From: Rhodospirillales bacterium
GTDB lineage: Bacteria > Pseudomonadota > Alphaproteobacteria > Rhodospirillales > UBA2165
NCBI GenBank assembly: GCA_965213765.1
Contig: OZ243926.1
Location: forward strand, 3,481,627-3,545,626
Length of the DNA: 64,000 nucleotides
Reading direction: 5' to 3'
Each line of letters begins with the position of its first letter. The first letter of the stretch is position 1. Below the pieces are notes generated by a model. The model was not told the origin of the DNA and searched no databases. It worked only from the letters and a program-made list of their open reading frames with translations. Made by a program: the position numbers and the translations under genes. Shown here in pieces: positions 63,587 through 64,000 of this stretch.

Positions 63587-64000
63587 ATGTCCGACCGTTA
63601 TCCCGCCATGCCGCCGCGCGACCCCAATCCGCCCTACAAGCGGATCGCCACCGAGGAGGCGTGGCTGCCCCCCGATATGATGCGGATGTATCTGAAGGAA
63701 CTCGATGATAAGAGCATCGACGACCCCGGCTTCCATAGCCTGTGGGGTTTCTTCGCCGGCTCGACCCCGAAGGCCAAGGATCACTCCCGGCGCATCCAGA
63801 GCCTGGGCGAAGAGCGCATTTCCGACATGGACAGCTCCGGCATCGACATCGCGGTGGTGTCGTTGACCGCGCCCGGTGTGCAGTTGTTCGACCCGGCGAC
63901 CGCCAGCGCCCTGGCGATCAGCGCAAACGACCAGCTGGCCGAGGGCATCGCCCAACATCCCGGCCGCTATGTCGGCCTCGCCGCGTTCAGTCCGCTGGAC
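63587..64000 (+). CDS. Amidohydrolase-2 (ACMSD/LigW-like decarboxylase) family protein, N-terminal 138 codons; continues beyond window
   Basis: Not in ORF track (no stop). Own translation from ATG at 63587 (AGGGGAGGA upstream): MSDRYPAMPPRDPNPPYKRIATEEAWLPPDMM...SGIDIAVVSLTAPGVQ. Confidence 0.6.
   Translation, partial: MSDRYPAMPPRDPNPPYKRIATEEAWLPPDMMRMYLKELDDKSIDDPGFHSLWGFFAGSTPKAKDHSRRIQSLGEERISDMDSSGIDIAVVSLTAPGVQLFDPATASALAISANDQLAEGIAQHPGRYVGLAAFSPLD

Noticed and set aside
1-64000. Defence systems, toxin-antitoxin pairs, prophage, secretion or biosynthetic gene clusters
   Set aside because: I recognised no nuclease/ATPase/helicase-type defence genes, no small paired ORFs, no phage structural or integrase genes, and no core biosynthetic enzymes in any frame.

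Overview
High-GC chromosomal segment whose gene content and order look alphaproteobacterial (taxon inferred only; all homology calls come from reading the ORF translations, no database was searched). Positions 1-37.5 kb are densely packed housekeeping genes: ptrB, an MscS-family channel, a KefB-like antiporter, a queA-tgt-yhhQ-like queuosine cluster, folB, uvrC-pgsA-mobB-moeA-moaD-moaE, ilvE, an ompR/envZ-like pair, rpoH, proC, hldD, lgt-midA-pgeF and prs-rplY-pth-ychF. From 37.5 kb to the end the window becomes accessory-looking metabolic cassettes separated by intergenic repeat elements. I saw no rRNA, tRNA, CRISPR array, prophage or recognisable defence system. Mobile and repeat content: one complete IS5-family IS nested inside a MITE-like repeat; three copies of that CTAG-bounded MITE-like family; four small TAGAGC...GCTCTA palindromic elements; two GAGGG-hairpin mosaic repeats; and an 11-bp tandem repeat just upstream of a gene start. 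The best candidate for an undescribed system is a 14-kb island (37.6-52.0 kb). It holds four single-domain MetE-like putative Zn-alkyltransferase paralogs in divergent operons, together with a fused TRAP transporter, a dehydrogenase, an amidohydrolase, an esterase, a tandem YciI protein and a cytoplasmic ASST-like protein, with no regulator present. Its substrate and pathway cannot be deduced from the sequence. Many long ORFs in the track are antisense or composite high-GC artefacts and were trimmed or rejected.
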